Shown here piece after piece: positions 38,980-53,488 of a stretch of DNA of 64,000 nt. The position numbers and the translations under genes were made by a program. Within the stretch, counting starts at the first letter, position 1; every line of letters starts with the position of its first letter. Below the pieces are notes generated by a model. The model did not search any database and had not been told where the DNA came from. It saw only the letters and a program-made list of their open reading frames with translations. The stretch is from Mobula hypostoma (lineage: Eukaryota), in the NCBI RefSeq assembly GCF_963921235.1, contig NC_086107.1, forward strand, positions 101,620,001 to 101,684,000. The letters run 5' to 3'.

Positions 38980-41900
38980 CAAGAAATGGTCTCTCAAAAG
39001 CAGAGGTGGAGGAGTATGCCTCATGATCAACTCTCCTTAGTGCACAAACATATCAGTGCTGTCCCAATTCTGCACACCAGACCTGGAATATCTAGCAGTA
39101 AAGTGTCGTTCTTTTTACCTACCATGGGAGTTCTCTGGAGTCATTCCAGTTTACATTCCACCTCAGGCCAATGTCAAACAGGCTTCAGATGATCTGAGTA
39201 ATGGGATCAACATATACGAAACAGTGCACCCTAACACCCTCACCATTGTTTTGGGAGATTTTAACCAGGCCAGTCTTAAAAAATCACTAAGCAACTACCA
39301 TCAACAGATCACTTGCAATACCAGAGGAAACAACACACTGGACCATTGCTGCACCACCATCAAGAATGCCTACCATGCTATTCCACGCCCTCACTTCGGG
39401 AAGTCTGATCACCTGGCTGTACTTCTACTCCCTGAGTATAGGCAGAGACTGAAGACTTGCAGCACCAGCAGTGAGGACCAAGAAGGTATGGACAAGGGAA
39501 GCACAGGAGCACCTACAGGACTGCTTTGAATCGGTGGACTGGACTGTATTTAGGGATTCATCTTTGAATCTGGATGAGTATGTTGCAGTTGTTACCGACT
39601 TCACTAAAACCTGTGTGGATGAGTGTGTGCCTTCAAAGACTTACTGCACGTTCCCAAACCAAAAGCCGTGGATGAACCAGGAGGTACATCGTCTGCTGAA
39701 GACTAGATCTGTGGCATTCAAGTCTGGCAACCCAGGCCTGTACCAGAAAACCAGGTATGATTTGTGGAGGGCTATTTCAAGAGCGAAGAAACAATTTCGA
39801 ATGAGGTTGGAGGCGATATCAGATGCACGGCAACTCTGGCAGGGTCTGGAAGACATTACTTCCTACAAAGCGATATTCAATAGTATGAATAGCAACGATG
39901 CTTCGCTACCAGATGAATACAACACCTTCTATGCACGCTTTGAAAACAGAAATATAGAAAACCTACAGCACAATACAGGCCCTTCGGCCCACAAAGCTGT
40001 GCCAAACATGTCCTTACCTTAGAAATTACCTAGGGTTACCCATAGCCCTCTATTTTTCTAAGCTCCATGTACCTATCCAGGAGTCTCTTAAAAGACCCTA
40101 TCGTATCCACCTCCACCACCGTCACTGGCAGCCCATTCCACGCACTCACCACTCTCTGCATAAAAAAACTTACCCCTGACATCTCCTCTGTACCTACTTC
40201 TAAGCACCTTAAAACTGTGCCCTCGTGCTAGGCATTTCAGCCCTGAGAAAAAGCCTCTGACTATCCATATGATCAATGAGTAGAATAATTTCTTCAGAAC
40301 TATCACTCTTGATAACCATAAACATTACTATTCTACCTCTATGTAAAACAAGGATGGCTAGGTGGAGCATAGAGGATCTGAAGTACTTGTGCACCAAGTG
40401 ATACAGAGAGGAGCAAATATTAAGAAGGCTTACCTGGAAGAAGTCTGCCTCAGATTCCCAGAAAGAGGACAAAAGTCAGGAATCCACTATGACCAAAGGA
40501 AACCTGAACATGCAAGTTAAGTTTTCTCCAGTCCTGCAGAAGGGTTTCGGCCCAAAACATCGACTGTCTTTTTTTGCTGCATAGATGCTGCCTGGCTTGC
40601 TGAGTTCCTTCAGCATTTTGTGCATGCATTGAAAGGGAGAACACAACTACAGCTTTTAAGATCCCTGCTGCACCTGATGACCCTATGATCTCTGTCTCAG
40701 AGGCCGATGTTAGACTGTCTTTGAAGAGAGTGAACCCTCGCAAGGTAGAAGTTCCCAATGGAGTACCTGGTAAGGCTCTGAAAACCTGTGCCAACCAACT
40801 AACAGGAGTATTCAAGGACACTTTCAACCTCTCGCTGCTACCGACAGAAGTTCCCACTTGCTTCAAAAAGGCAACAACTATACCAGTGCCCAAGAAGAAT
40901 AATGTGGGCTGCCTTAATGACTACCGCCCGGTAGCACTCACATCGACAGTGATGAAATGCTTTGAGAGGGTGGTTATGACTAGACTGAACTCCTGCCTCA
41001 GCAAGAACCTGGACCCATTGCACTTTGCCTATCGCCACAATAGGTCAACGGCAGACGCAATCTCAATGGCTCTGCACATGGCTTTAGACCACCTAGACAA
41101 GACAAACACCTACGTCAGGATGTTGTTCATCGACTAGCTCAGCATTTAATACCATCATTCCCACAATCCTGATTGAGAAGTTGCAGAACCTGGGCTCTGT
41201 ACCTCCCGCTGCAATTGGATCCTTGATTTCCTAACCAGAAGACCACAGTCTGTGCAGTTGATGATAAAATAGCCTCCTCGTTGACGATCAACACTGGCGC
41301 ACCTCAAGGGTGTATGCTAAGCCCACTGCTCTACTCTCCGTATACGTGACCGTGTGACTAAGCGTAGCTCAAATACCATCTATAAATTTGCTGACGAAAC
41401 AATCTATTCAATATTGGTAGAATCTCAGGTGGTGACGAGAGGGCCTACAGGAGTGAGATATGCCAACTAGTGGAATGGTGCCGCAGTAGCAACCTGGCAC
41501 TCAATGTCAGTAAGATGAAAGAGCTGATTGTGAACTTCAGGAAGGGTAAGACATACCAATCCTCAAAGAGGGATCAGAAGTGGGAAGAGTGAGCAGCTTC
41601 AAGTTCCTGGGTGTCAAGATCTCTGAAGATCTAACCTGATCCCAACATATCAATGTAGTTATAAAGAAGGCAAGACAGCGGCTATACTTTATTAGGAGTC
41701 TGAAGAGATTTGGCATGTCAACAAATACACTCAAAACCTTCTATAGTTGTACCGTGGAGAGCATTCTGACAGACTGCATCACTGTCTGGTATGGAGGGGC
41801 TACTGAACAGGACTGAAAGAAGCTGCAGAAGGCTGTAAATCTAGTTAGCTCCATCTTGGACACTAGCCTACAAAGTACCCAGGACATCCTCAGGGAGCGG

Positions 41901-42290
41901 TGTCTCAGAAAGTCAGCGTCCATTATTAAGGACCTCCAGCACCCAGGGCATGCACTTTTCTCACTGTTACCATCAGGTAGGAGGTACAGAAGCCTGAAGG
42001 CTCACACTCAGCAATTCAGGAACAGTTCCTTCCCCTCTGCCATCCGATTCCTAAATGGACATTGAACCCATGAACACTACCTCACTTGTTTTTAAATATA
42101 CAGTATTTCTGTTTTTGCAAGTTTTAAAAAAATCTATTCAATATACGTAATTGATTTACTTGTTTATTTATTATTTTTTTCTCTCTCTCTGCTAGATTAT
42201 GTATTGCATTGAACTGCTGCTGCTGCTGCTGCTGCGAAGTTAACAAATTTCATGTCACATGCTGATGATAATAAACCTGATTCCAATTCT
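38980..42290 (+). mobile_element. Rex1/Babar LINE, largely complete but decayed, interrupted at about 39946-40629
   Basis: APE VYIPPQA, GDFNQA, FGKSDH, PNQKPW; RT LNDYRPVALTS, RMLFID, KFAD; 3' tail gataataaacctgattc. Confidence 0.92.
39946..40275 (-). mobile_element. CR1 3' fragment, same subfamily as 2600-6199 and 7105-7336
   Basis: Reverse complement near-identical to 5865-6199 and 7105-7336. Confidence 0.88.
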
Positions 42291-42294
42291 GAAA

Positions 42295-45200
42295 TGGTCC
42301 ATCCCAATGCATATCAAATCATAGTTGGAGACTTCAATCAGGCTTGTTTTAAGAAAACCCTGTCCATCAGCACATAACCCGCAGCATCAGGAGTCCCAAC
42401 ACACTAAATCATAGTGAAACTAAGAGAAGGAGTGAATACCATTCCACGCCCAGACCACATTTCAGTAAATCTGACCACTTGGCTGTCGTTCTCCTGCCTG
42501 TATACAGGCAGAGGTCTAAAGAGCAAAATTCCAGAGACTAGGACAACAAAGAGGTGGTCGCAGGAAGCAGAGGAATGAGATATGAATACTTTGAATAGTG
42601 GACTGGCTGAGTTCAAGGACCCATCTGTGGATCTGAATGAATACATGGTTGTCACAGATTTTATTAGAACAGATGTAGACAAGTGTGTCCCCACAAAATA
42701 ATTCAGAATCTTCACCAACCAGAAGCCCTAGATAAACCATGAGATTTGCAATCTGCTGAAGGTTAGATCAGAGGCATTCAAGTCTTGTGACCAAGAAAGC
42801 TTCAAGAGGTCCAGGTAAGATCTCCTGAAAGCCATCCAACGGTCAAAGTGGAATTCCAAAATAAACTTTAATTAATGAAGGATGGTCAATAGTTGTGGCA
42901 GGGCTTGAACACTGTCATCTCTTATAAAGTTAAATCAAGTGGCACAGGCGACAAGAGGGTTTCACTTCCAGATGAGTTCAATGCTTTATTTCTCACTTTG
43001 ACCATCAAAACATGGAGGAACCATCATGAACTCCCACAGTCCCTAATGATCCTCTGACTTCAGTCTCTGAGGCCAACGTGCAAGTAGCTTTCAGGAGGGT
43101 GAACCCACGAAAAGCACCCAGCCCAGATGGAGAACCTGGCCAAGTTCTAAAGACGTGTACTGATCAACTGGCTGGAGTGTTGACTGAGATCTTTAATCTC
43201 TTACTTCAGCAGTCTGAGATACCCATCTGCTTCAAGCAGGCTTCAGTTATACCGGTGCCTTAGAAAAATGTTAAAATCTGTCTCAATGACTATTCTCCAG
43301 TATCACTTACATCCACAATGATGAAGTGTTTTGAGAGGTCGGTGATGAAACACATCAACTCCTGGTTGAGAAGCAACTTGGGTCTGCTCCAATATGTCTA
43401 CCACAGCAATAGGTCCACAGCAGATGCTATCTCATTGGCTCTTCACTTAACCCTAGAACATCAGGACAGCAAAGACGCATACATCTGGATGCTCTTTATC
43501 GACTAAAGCTCAGCATTCAATACCATCATGACCTCAAAACTAATCAATAAGCATCAAGATCTCTGTCTCAATAGCTCCTTGTGCATGGATCCCTGCTTTC
43601 CTTACTTGCAGACCCCAGTTAGACTGGAGGGGTGACACCTCTCTCTCTCTCTGTGCCATAAGACCACAAGATATAGGAGCAGATTTAGGCCATTTGGCCA
43701 ATTGTCTACTCCACCATTTCATCATGGCTGATCCAATTTTCCTCTCAGCCCCAATCTCCTGTCTATTCCCCATATCCCTTAATGCCCTGACCAATTAAGA
43801 ATCTATCAACCTCTGCCTTAAATACACATCAAGACTTGGCCTCCACAGCTGCTTGTGGCAAAGAATTCCGAAGATTCATCGCCTGCTGGCTAGAAAAAAT
43901 TTCTCTGCACCACCATTCTAAAAGGATTTCCCTCCATTCTGAGGCTGTGTCCTCTGATCTTAGACTCTCCCATCATAGGAAACATCCTCTCCACATCCAC
44001 TCTTTCAAGGCTTTTCACCATTTATAGACAATAGACAATAGGTGCAGGAGTAGGCCATTCAGCCCTTCGAGCCAGCACTGCCATTCACTGTGATCATGGC
44101 TGATCATCCACTATCAGTATCCAGTTCCTGCCTTATCCCCATAACCTTTGATTCTGCTACCTTTAAGAGCTCTATCCATCTCTTTCTTGAAAGCATCCAG
44201 AGACTTGGCCTCCACAGCCTTCTGGAGCAGAGCATTCCATATATTCACCACTCTCTGGGTGAAAAAGTTTTTCCTCAACTCCGTCCTAAGTGGCCTACCC
44301 CTTATTCTTAAACTGTGGCCTCTGGTTCTGGACTCACCCACCAGCGGGAACATGCTTCCTGCCTCCAGCATGTCCAATCCCTTAATAATCTTATATGTTT
44401 CAATAAGATCTCCTCTCAGCCCTCTAAATTCCAGAGTATACAAGCCCAGTTGCTCCAATCTTTCAACAGGTTTCAATGAGGTCACCCCTCATTCTTCTGA
44501 ATTCTAGTGAATAAAGGTCCAGAGCCATCAAACTCTCTTCGAATTGTTTGGTAAACAATGGTTTTTGATGGACTGCAGATCATGATCTCTCTTTGCTGCT
44601 GTTTGCATGGTGGCTGGTGGGGGGCTGATTCTTTCTGCTGAAATGAGAGGGGGATGGAGTCTTTTGCTACTGCTTGTATGTAAGAGGGAGAAAGGGGACT
44701 TTGGAGTTCGCACATTTTTTCTGTCATTCATTCATTCTTTGGGCTTTTTCTTCTGTTTTGTGGATGTCTATGGAGATTAAGGACATCATTCTTTGACATT
44801 AAATGGAACTATTGAACAGCTCCTCCATGACCTCCATCAGCACAGGTGCACCACAAGGCTGTGTGCATAGCCCCCTGCTCTACTCACTTTACACTAATGA
44901 CTATGTGGCTAAATACAGCTCCAATGCCACAAACAAGTTTGCTAACAACACCACTGTCATAGACCAAATCAAAGGTGGTGATGGATCAGCACTTTGGAAG
45001 GATATTGAAAATCTGGCTGAGTGGTTCCATAATAACAGCTCAACGTCAGCAAGACTAAGGAAGTGACTGTTGGCTTCGGGAGGAGGAAACCAGTGGTCCA
45101 TGAGCCAGTCCTCATTGGAGGATCAAAGGTAGAGAGGGTCAGTGACTTTAAGTTCCTCAGTGTAATTATTTCAGCCGACTCGTACTGGGCCTGGCCCTTA

Positions 45201-45893
45201 AGTAAAATTATGAAGAAAGTGTGGTAGTGCCTCTATTTCCTTATTTTTGGGTATGACAGCTGAAACTCTGGCAAACTTCTATAAATGTCTAGTGAGAGTA
45301 TATTGACTGGCTTCATCACAGCCTGGTATGAAAACACCAATGCAGTTGAATGGATAATCCTACAAAAAGTACTGGATACAGCCCAGTCCATCACAGGTTA
45401 AGCCCCCCTCCCCACTAATAGCCACATCTATACAAAATGTTGTTGAAGGAAAGCAGCATCCATCATCAGGGACCCTTACTAACCAGGACTTGCTCCCTTC
45501 TCACTGGGTACAAGGTACAAGAGCCTCAGGACTCACACCACCAGGTTCAGGAACATTTATTACCCTCAATCATCAGGCTCTTGAACCAAAGGAGAGAATA
45601 TCACTGAACTTCACTTGCCTCATCATTGAAATGTTTCTGCAATCTATGGACTTACTTTCAAGGACTTTTCATCTCATGTTCTAGAGAGAGACAGAGACAG
45701 AGAGAGACAATTTATTTATTTATTATTTCTTTCCTTTAGTATTTGCACAGTTTGTGGTCTTTTGCACACTGGTTGAACACCCAAGTTCTATTACAGATTT
45801 ATTGAGTATGCCCACAAGAAAATGAATCTCAAATGTTGTACAGTATACGCTGACATTTACGTACTTTTGTAATAAATTTACTTTGACCTTTGA
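42295..45893 (+). mobile_element. Second, older Rex1/Babar LINE, interrupted at about 43620-44815
   Basis: GDFNQA, VNPRKAPSPDG, MKCFER, MLFID; resumes with STGAPQGCVHSPLLYSLYTND; tail aataaatttactttgacctttg. Confidence 0.85.
43655..44540 (-). mobile_element. CR1 3' fragment containing a second CR1 3' fragment (about 44024-44466)
   Basis: Two CR1 tails (ccataagaccacaagatatagg; atagacaatagacaatagg); inner ORF LGLYTLEFRGLRGDLIETYKI..RTRGHSLR; the outer element resumes at caggtttcaatgaggtc. Confidence 0.85.
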
Positions 45894-45976
45894 ATGGAGG
45901 GGTTAGATTGAAAAGCAAAAAAAAGAACAAGATGCTGAAAATCTGAAATAAAAACAGAAAATCCTTAAACTACTCA

Positions 45977-46605
45977 TTTCTAGAGGAGTGGAGTATAGGA
46001 GCAGGGATGTGATGTTGAGGCGCTATAAGGTGCTGGTAAGACCTCATGGAGTACTGTGGGCAGTTTTGGGCTCCTTATTTAAGAAAGGATGTGCTGACGT
46101 TGGAGAGGGTACAGAGAAGATTCACTAGAATGATTCCAGGAATGAGAGGGTTAACTTATGAGGAACGTTTGTCTGCTCTTGGACTGTATTCCTTGGAGTT
46201 TAGAAGAATGAGGGGGAACCTCATAGAAACATTTCGAATGTTGAAAGGCATGGACAGAGTGGATGTGGCAAAGTTGTTTCCCATGATGGGGTAGTCTAGT
46301 ACGAGAGGGCATGACTTAAGGATTGAAGGGCACCCATTCAGAACAGAGATGTGAAGAAATTTTTTTGGCAGAGGGTGGTGAATCTATGGAATTTGTAGCC
46401 ACGGGTGGCAGTGAAGGCCAGGTCATTGGGTGTATTTAAGGCAGAGACTGATAGGTATCTGAGTAGCCAGGGCATCAAAGGTTATGGTGAGAAGGCGGGG
46501 GAGTGGGACTAAATGGGAGAATGGATCAGCTCATGATAAAATGGCAGAGCAAACTCAACAGGCCGAATGGCCGACTTCTGCTCCTTTGTCTTATGGTCTT
46601 ATGGT
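45977..46605 (+). mobile_element. CR1 3' fragment inserted in an old Penelope-tail remnant
   Basis: EYCGQFWAPYLRKDVLTLERVQRRFTRMIPG; tail tcttatgg repeats; candidate TSD ctactca at 45970-45976 and 46606-46612. Confidence 0.9.
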
Positions 46606-49600
46606 CTACTCAGCAGGGCAGTCAGTATCTGCGGAGGCAGCTAACATTCATAGTTGATAATTTTTCATTAGAACTTTGAGAAGTTAGAGGGTGGGATCAT
46701 TTAGATAGCATCATTAATACATCTGATATTCAATATATTTTATTCTTCATCCTAATAAAAGCATTTCCTTTGTTCTCTCCTCTTCTTCCTTTCTTATTTT
46801 ATCTTCGCATTTTTCTAGTTTAGATAAAAGGTAACTCATCTGAAAAATTATCAACTTTAAGCAAATTTGCATCTGCTGCCATAAATGCTGAGTGAGATGA
46901 CAAGTATTTTGAGCATTTCTGTTTTTCATGAGTATCCCCAAACTGGACTGTACTTCAAGTGAGAGAGTTGTACAGTACAGACATCCATGCCGAATTTTTT
47001 ATCCTCTACACTAACCTCATCTTCCAATTTACAATGTCAAGGGTATAACAAGAATGGAGCCTGAATTTAATTGATTTAACGTTTCCCTGACGCAATCATT
47101 GGAATTCACCAGTGTGCAGCGAAAAATGAGCAGCCATTCATCAACATCAAAGGGGAGTTCAGGGTGTGTGACAAGAATCTTGCTCTTGATGGGGAAGCCG
47201 GCACTATGAATGTGGAGTCACTGTCCAATTTCCTTTATCAGAAGCTACATCCTCTATTAATTCCATTTACCCATCTCCAGCAGTTTGGGTGACCTGGTTT
47301 TGGTGAGAACATCTTTGTATGTTTTACATTGCTACCTCCTATCTGTAAGTTTCTCTATCAGGCAATCATTCTTTAGTTTGTCATCAGCATTATCACATTC
47401 CAGGTTCCAAATCTGTATTTCTGCCTTTCTGTATTTGGATCACATTGATAGTGATCCTACTGGATGCAGTTACACAACCAGAAGAAAACAACAGCCTATG
47501 TCTGAGGCACATTTCATTTAGCGACCACTCACCCATTCCAGGTACCTCCTCATCATTCATGGAGAATGGAAGTATCTTGAAGAAGCCTGCTTAGTTACAG
47601 ATACAGCTGCTGAACTGCATATCTGTACTCACATGGGTGCCCATTAACCATCACACATCTGCCAGTGTGTGTGTAAAATTTGGCTGAAGGACTCCAGGTA
47701 TCATAGCACTGCACCCTTTGTCAATTCTATATCACCACTGGACTTCTAGATTTGATTAAAGTCTGCATGTCTCATGCCTAGAGTGGAGGCTCCATTTGCA
47801 TTTGGGTTCACATGTTCTTCATGGCTAGGACTATTTCCCCACTGTAGCCTTTTTGCACCTTTGTAACTGTTGGTACCATAATCCTACACCAATTGCATTT
47901 CTGTTTGATGTCCTTTTGGATCTTTATGCCTGAAACCTCTTTCTCAAACTTCTCTCTATGTGTGGTCTTACTAAGAGCATAATATCCAGATGACATCACT
48001 CTTGGAGTCATTGGAACATGCAAGCTTCTCCACCATGAGGAGGTAATAACTCTGTTCGTGGTTTGAGGACATCAACCATCTGAATGCCAAAATACAATTA
48101 GAATCCCACCATTTTGTTAATATTCTGCTTTTCTAATTTTCCAAAGTTACAAACTTGCTGTTCGTCTGCATTTATTTGCACATTCGCCTAGCTGTGCAAG
48201 TCACTTTACAGACTTCTTTATTCTTAGAAGCATGGCACTGCTTCCCGTGACTCCCCAATCATTATAACTCACCAATCTTAAAATGACCCATCTGTCCCTA
48301 TCCTTTTCCGTTTGTTGTCTGTTAGCTGTCTACACTAATATACTACCTTCAACAGCGTTATCTTTTATCTTGCATTTCCTGTATTTCCTTAATGCACAGA
48401 GAATATCATTCTCCAGAACAGTGCCTTGTAAACAGTGGAAGATTTCGGGATGTCGATAGATGAGATACATGCCAAACAATATACCGTATGTTGTAAGCTC
48501 TTTAAAAAGAAAGCACACGACAAGATTTAAATTTTGACTTATGCAAACCACCACAAGTATTGGACACATAAAACAGCAACTCCTGTGTCTGAAGCAATTT
48601 TGCATTTTGTTAATCTCTGCTTAGGGAATGATGGGGTGATTAAAATAGGGACAGAAAACAAATACATCCAGGAACATTCACCATTCAAGGTATCTGCAAT
48701 ATCATTCGGCTAGCAAAAGAAGAAACTGCTGTACAAAAGACACTCTTCAAAAACACTACTGCACAAAATACTGTTCTATTACCAGGTTCCATCATTAGTA
48801 ATGGTCCCATATCAAGAAGGATTTAAGGTGAAACATGTAATATCATAAAATGCATACTCAGAACTTTGACTGCACAATGCTATCTTTTTAAGCAATACAA
48901 CTTACGATCAGTATTTTCTGGAGAAAATTCAAAGACACTTTTTTGCCATGAATCAAGCAGCTTGGGAAATTAAACCAGGAACTTTCACGGTCACAATGCA
49001 TACAGGGCATGTTTCTGATTTTGAGTCACAGAACATCTGCAGAGGGCTCATTTGAATGGTGACTAAGTGGCCACTCATTCACATGACACATACTTCTGCA
49101 GTTTTCTAAGAAGAAAACTTCTGCAGTGACTCTGGGTGCGATGTGCAGCTACTTCTGAACATACCATCTGCTTAGAATAAGTGCTTCTGTGGTGGTGCTG
49201 TTGAATATATTGTGAGCTGGATCACCAAGCTGGGTATGGAGGCAAGACTGGCATGGCTATGGATCCAAACAGATTAGGGACTTGTATCTATATGCCAATT
49301 TCAGAAGACAGTTCAGGGTCCCACATTCATATCTCAAGCTTTCTGAATAGCAAAGTAATTGGATATTGATGTTTTCAAATCAATGATAACAAAGATTTGT
49401 AATCTTCCACAAGTAGACTCCTGTGCTTGTAAAAGTCAATATCTGAATTTCCTATTTTCCAGATGATTTATGTAGCAACAACTGAACATTGCTATATTTC
49501 ATAATCTCATTTACTGCAAGCCACGAGTATTATCAAGGTCAGCCTGCTCTCCACTCAATAAAAGAGGCTTGATCACTAATTCCTGCAGTGGGCATTATCA

Positions 49601-50279
49601 GGTTGAATAGTCACTTATATTTAGGTGCTTTATTGGTTTCCTGAATATTTAGTAGATGAAGACAGCCCTCAAATGGAATTTTGAGCTTCACTTCAAAATC
49701 TGAGCCCTTTATGAACTGTAAGAGCTATTGCTTACCAAATGAACAACTTGTAGATTTCTCACTGTTAGCCATATATCCATACAATTTGCAACACTCATTT
49801 ATGCTCAGGCTGCACCAGCCTGAGGTTTGAATCTTAGTTTCTCAGCCAATAAAGCTGACCATCACAATAATAACTGCCAAGGGAACAACCTATAGCTGAC
49901 TGCAAAATATTAACAGAGACTTAAAGAAGTGATGTCCATGTCTAAATTACCCTGAGTTCACCCTGCAGTGTTGTCCAGAGACAATTTAATTGTATGCCAT
50001 CATTTGCTACCACTTAAACAACATAGCCGCCAGAGAGTCTCATCTCAAGAAGGCAGAGGAAAAGGTGTATTAAGCTTGCAGGAGAGGAGGATCTTGGCAG
50101 ATGGCAGCAATTAGAATGAAAATAATGTCTAGGCCATCTGAATGCTAACATGTTCATGGAAACGCAACACCAGATTTTAATATCCAAATGCCAAGGTTCC
50201 TTGGCTGTATTGTCCTGACATCGTTCTGCACTTCATTTGGTGTAAACTTCACCAACAGAAAATGTTATTATTTTTATGG

Positions 50280-51280
50280 AAAAAAATACACAACTATGAC
50301 TATCATCTAGAACATTGAAAGGGAATTGAGCTAATCTTTAATGAAGTGATGTTTAAAGTATGGTGACTACACTCAGAATCAAGGATACCCAAATCTCAGT
50401 GGTTGAGTTGCAGTATACAATTGACACTTGTGTTTATATATGCTCAGAGGCTAAGCTATTGTATACATTTCTACTTGAGCATACAAGAGTGGGTTTTACA
50501 GTCATTAGAATCTGTCCTTGCTGCATCATTCTGCTGTCTGACAATAAAGATTCAGGGAAAGACACTTGAAAACATGAACCACTTCCCACATCTTAGGAGA
50601 CACCTTTCAGTGAAAGTATAAATCGTTGATGAAATCACCACCTCATTCACTGAAACAGCATAGTCCTTGGTTAATTGAGGAATAGATTAGGTCTTCAGAT
50701 ATGACACAAAAAATACACGATCCACAGTCCTTCAAAATGTTTCTGAAGACTAGGATTATCTATAGTAGGCATCTCAAGGCACTGGAAAAATACCACTAGT
50801 CTGTCTCAACAAAATCCTACAAATTCACTTCATGGATTAACATATTCCCAATACTGATGCCCCCTGCTATATTCAGTCAGCTACTTTGGATAGGCTATAT
50901 TGTTAGATGCTCAATACTGGGCTCCTGAAACTGAGCTCTTATTGTGGGAAGAGATTTCCATGCACAAACTGGAAAAGATTCAAGGATGTGCTCGAAGACC
51001 CCTTGAAGAAATATAACATCTCCATTGACTCCTGAGAATCTGGCTCACTACTACTCAAAGTGAAGAAGCATTGGGATGTGCTCAGAACTGAGGCCAAGTA
51101 TAAGCATCACAGCAGACCACTTCACAAACTACCCACCGTCTTTTTCTTCATCCAATACTTGCACAATTTTTGGGAGTCTATAATACCCACATTAGTCTTA
51201 TTAGCCACCTCAGAACTCCAAAAAGTGAACAAGTAGTAAGTTATCATTCATCTTAAGGGAGTGTCTAAGAAAGTGAAGAA
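50280..51280 (+). mobile_element. Ancient RTE LINE remnant
   Basis: Degenerate LENMNHFPHL.RHLS, QL.WIG.I.R and KRFKDVL...LKK motifs. Confidence 0.55.
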
Positions 51281-52811
51281 CAATTACCTGTACAAAGAAA
51301 CAAAGATTTGGTAAAACTTTTCCACAGACCTGATTTAATATCACTGGAATACTGTACAGTATGTCATGAAATTTGTTCTGCAGCAGGAGTATATTGCAAT
51401 ATACAATAATGAAAAAACTATAAATTACTAATGGGGTCTGTATGTCTAAGAGAACATGTGAGAGTGTATGATAGAGAAGGAGTTTAAGTGCTTATTTGAG
51501 AAATGCGGGAGCTCCAGCTGTTGGCAGTGTTGGTAATGATCATTCAACTTGACATGTCTTGCATATCTAGTCAAATCTTAGGATTTCTGCCAATATTTCT
51601 GCGTAAATTACTCAGGAAAATGACTTAAGCTACCACCACCTTTCAGTTCTTCTTCATCCTCAAGGCCTCCATCAATCCATCTCATCATCCATATAATGAA
51701 GATCAGGATCTTTCTTAAATTAGTGAATGTTAATAGCTTGTACATTTTCATTGAATATTCAATTCATCAGCCAACAGACAATCTGAGACCAGTGGTTAGC
51801 CATGAGGATTAACTGATATCACACAATGGCTACATACATCACCAACTCTACCATTGCAGCTACTCAAAGTGCTGCGGCAGACAAAATTTATAGAACTTGG
51901 CAGTGGGATCAAAGTCAGCATTTGAGGTACTGAGCAGCTTCCTGTGGGAGCAGAGAAGATATTGATTACTTGGAAAGCCACAGACACCACTATTTCAAGT
52001 CAGTTGATCAAAGGCTGATATGAAACAGGGTTACACCTCAAAACTCAACTAAAATTGCTGTGGGAGGCTACTGCTCAAGGACAGCCAGTCCAAGATCTTG
52101 CTGAGGCTACTTTGAGAGCTTTATGTCTGTCTGTGGATGATCCATAACATTGCTATTGAACATGAGTAGAAGAACTCAAAGTTTCTGTTTGATTTTGACA
52201 TTTATTCGTTAATTTACTTTCTGTGGAATATTAAGGCAATTTGTTAGTTAACATGTACTAAAATTCCACAATGAAATGACAAGAACCTGGTCCCAATGCC
52301 ACAAGAAGTTTACTGAGCTCATTAATAAAGTGAAACATTGTGGACAGTGTCAAATCTTATCAATCAACATGTGCTCTACCACACCCATACACTTCACAAA
52401 TGACACTGAAATCAAAGGAACCACATTTCAGAAACAGAGTACAAGACATGTGTACTAAAATATTTCAAAGTTAGCACTTACACAAGCAAATGCAGATTAA
52501 TTTTTACCCACTATAATTTGTGAATCTGTTCCTCAGTTCTCAGAACCTAAATCAGATTTAATATCACTGGTATATTGCACGTCATGAAATTTGTTGTTTT
52601 GCGGCAGCAGTATATTGCAATATGTAATAATAAAACTATAAATTACAATAAGAAATTCTGTACACATTGGTTGATTAAATACAATAAAAAAAAATTTTTT
52701 AAAAGTATATATATATATATATATGGAAACAGCAACAAATAGGATACTCTTCATGTGAGATTATGTTACTGGTGGGAAAGTGTCTTGGTGTCCATTTGGT
52801 TTCCACTGGTA

Positions 52812-53106
52812 GGTGAGACGAACTAGTGGACATAGCCTCAAGATTCGGGGGAATAGATTTAGGATGGAGATGAGAAGGAACTGCTTTTCCCATAAAGTGG
52901 TGAATTCTCTGCCCAATGATACCTCAGTAAATATATTTAAGACAAGGTTGGACAGATTTTTGCATAGTAGCGGAATTAAGGGTTATGGGGAAAAGGCAGG
53001 TAGGTGGCAATGAGTCCATGGCCAGATCAGCTATGATCTTATTGAATGGCGGAGCAGACTCGACAGGCCAGAGGGCCTACGTCTGCTCCTATTTCTTATG
53101 TTCTTA
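52812..53106 (+). mobile_element. CR1 3' fragment
   Basis: RTSGHSLKIRGNRFRMEMRRNCFS; tail ttcttatgttcttat. Confidence 0.8.
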
Positions 53107-53488
53107 TTATACTTCCATGCGCTTCATGCAGCAGCAAATTCAATTCACCAGCTACCAGTTAAGCAATAAGGTACTGTAATATTCTAAGCCTCCACTCCAT
53201 CCTGTACCCACTAGTTCACATTATTCACAAGGTGACCTCAAATTCAAGGTATCCGGTCCCACACTTGAAATGCACAACCTATCTAAAATGCAACTAAGTC
53301 ACTAATTAGCATCACTAAATAACATAGAAGCTCTGAAGAAAAGATTTACAAATGTTATTTACATGAACATTCCCCCTTCATACAATATATAGCATGATAC
53401 AGTACAGAAGGAAACGGGTTAGCCAGTTTTTAGCTATATCCAATTAAGCCAAATCCCTTGATCTTTCCGCAAAACCTTACAAATATAT

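Noticed and set aside
48330..48605. Minus-strand 91-aa ORF as an extra MEI1 exon
   Set aside because: Flanking exons 54286 and 36161 already join in frame and collinear with the recalled orthologue; no convincing minus-strand splice sites.
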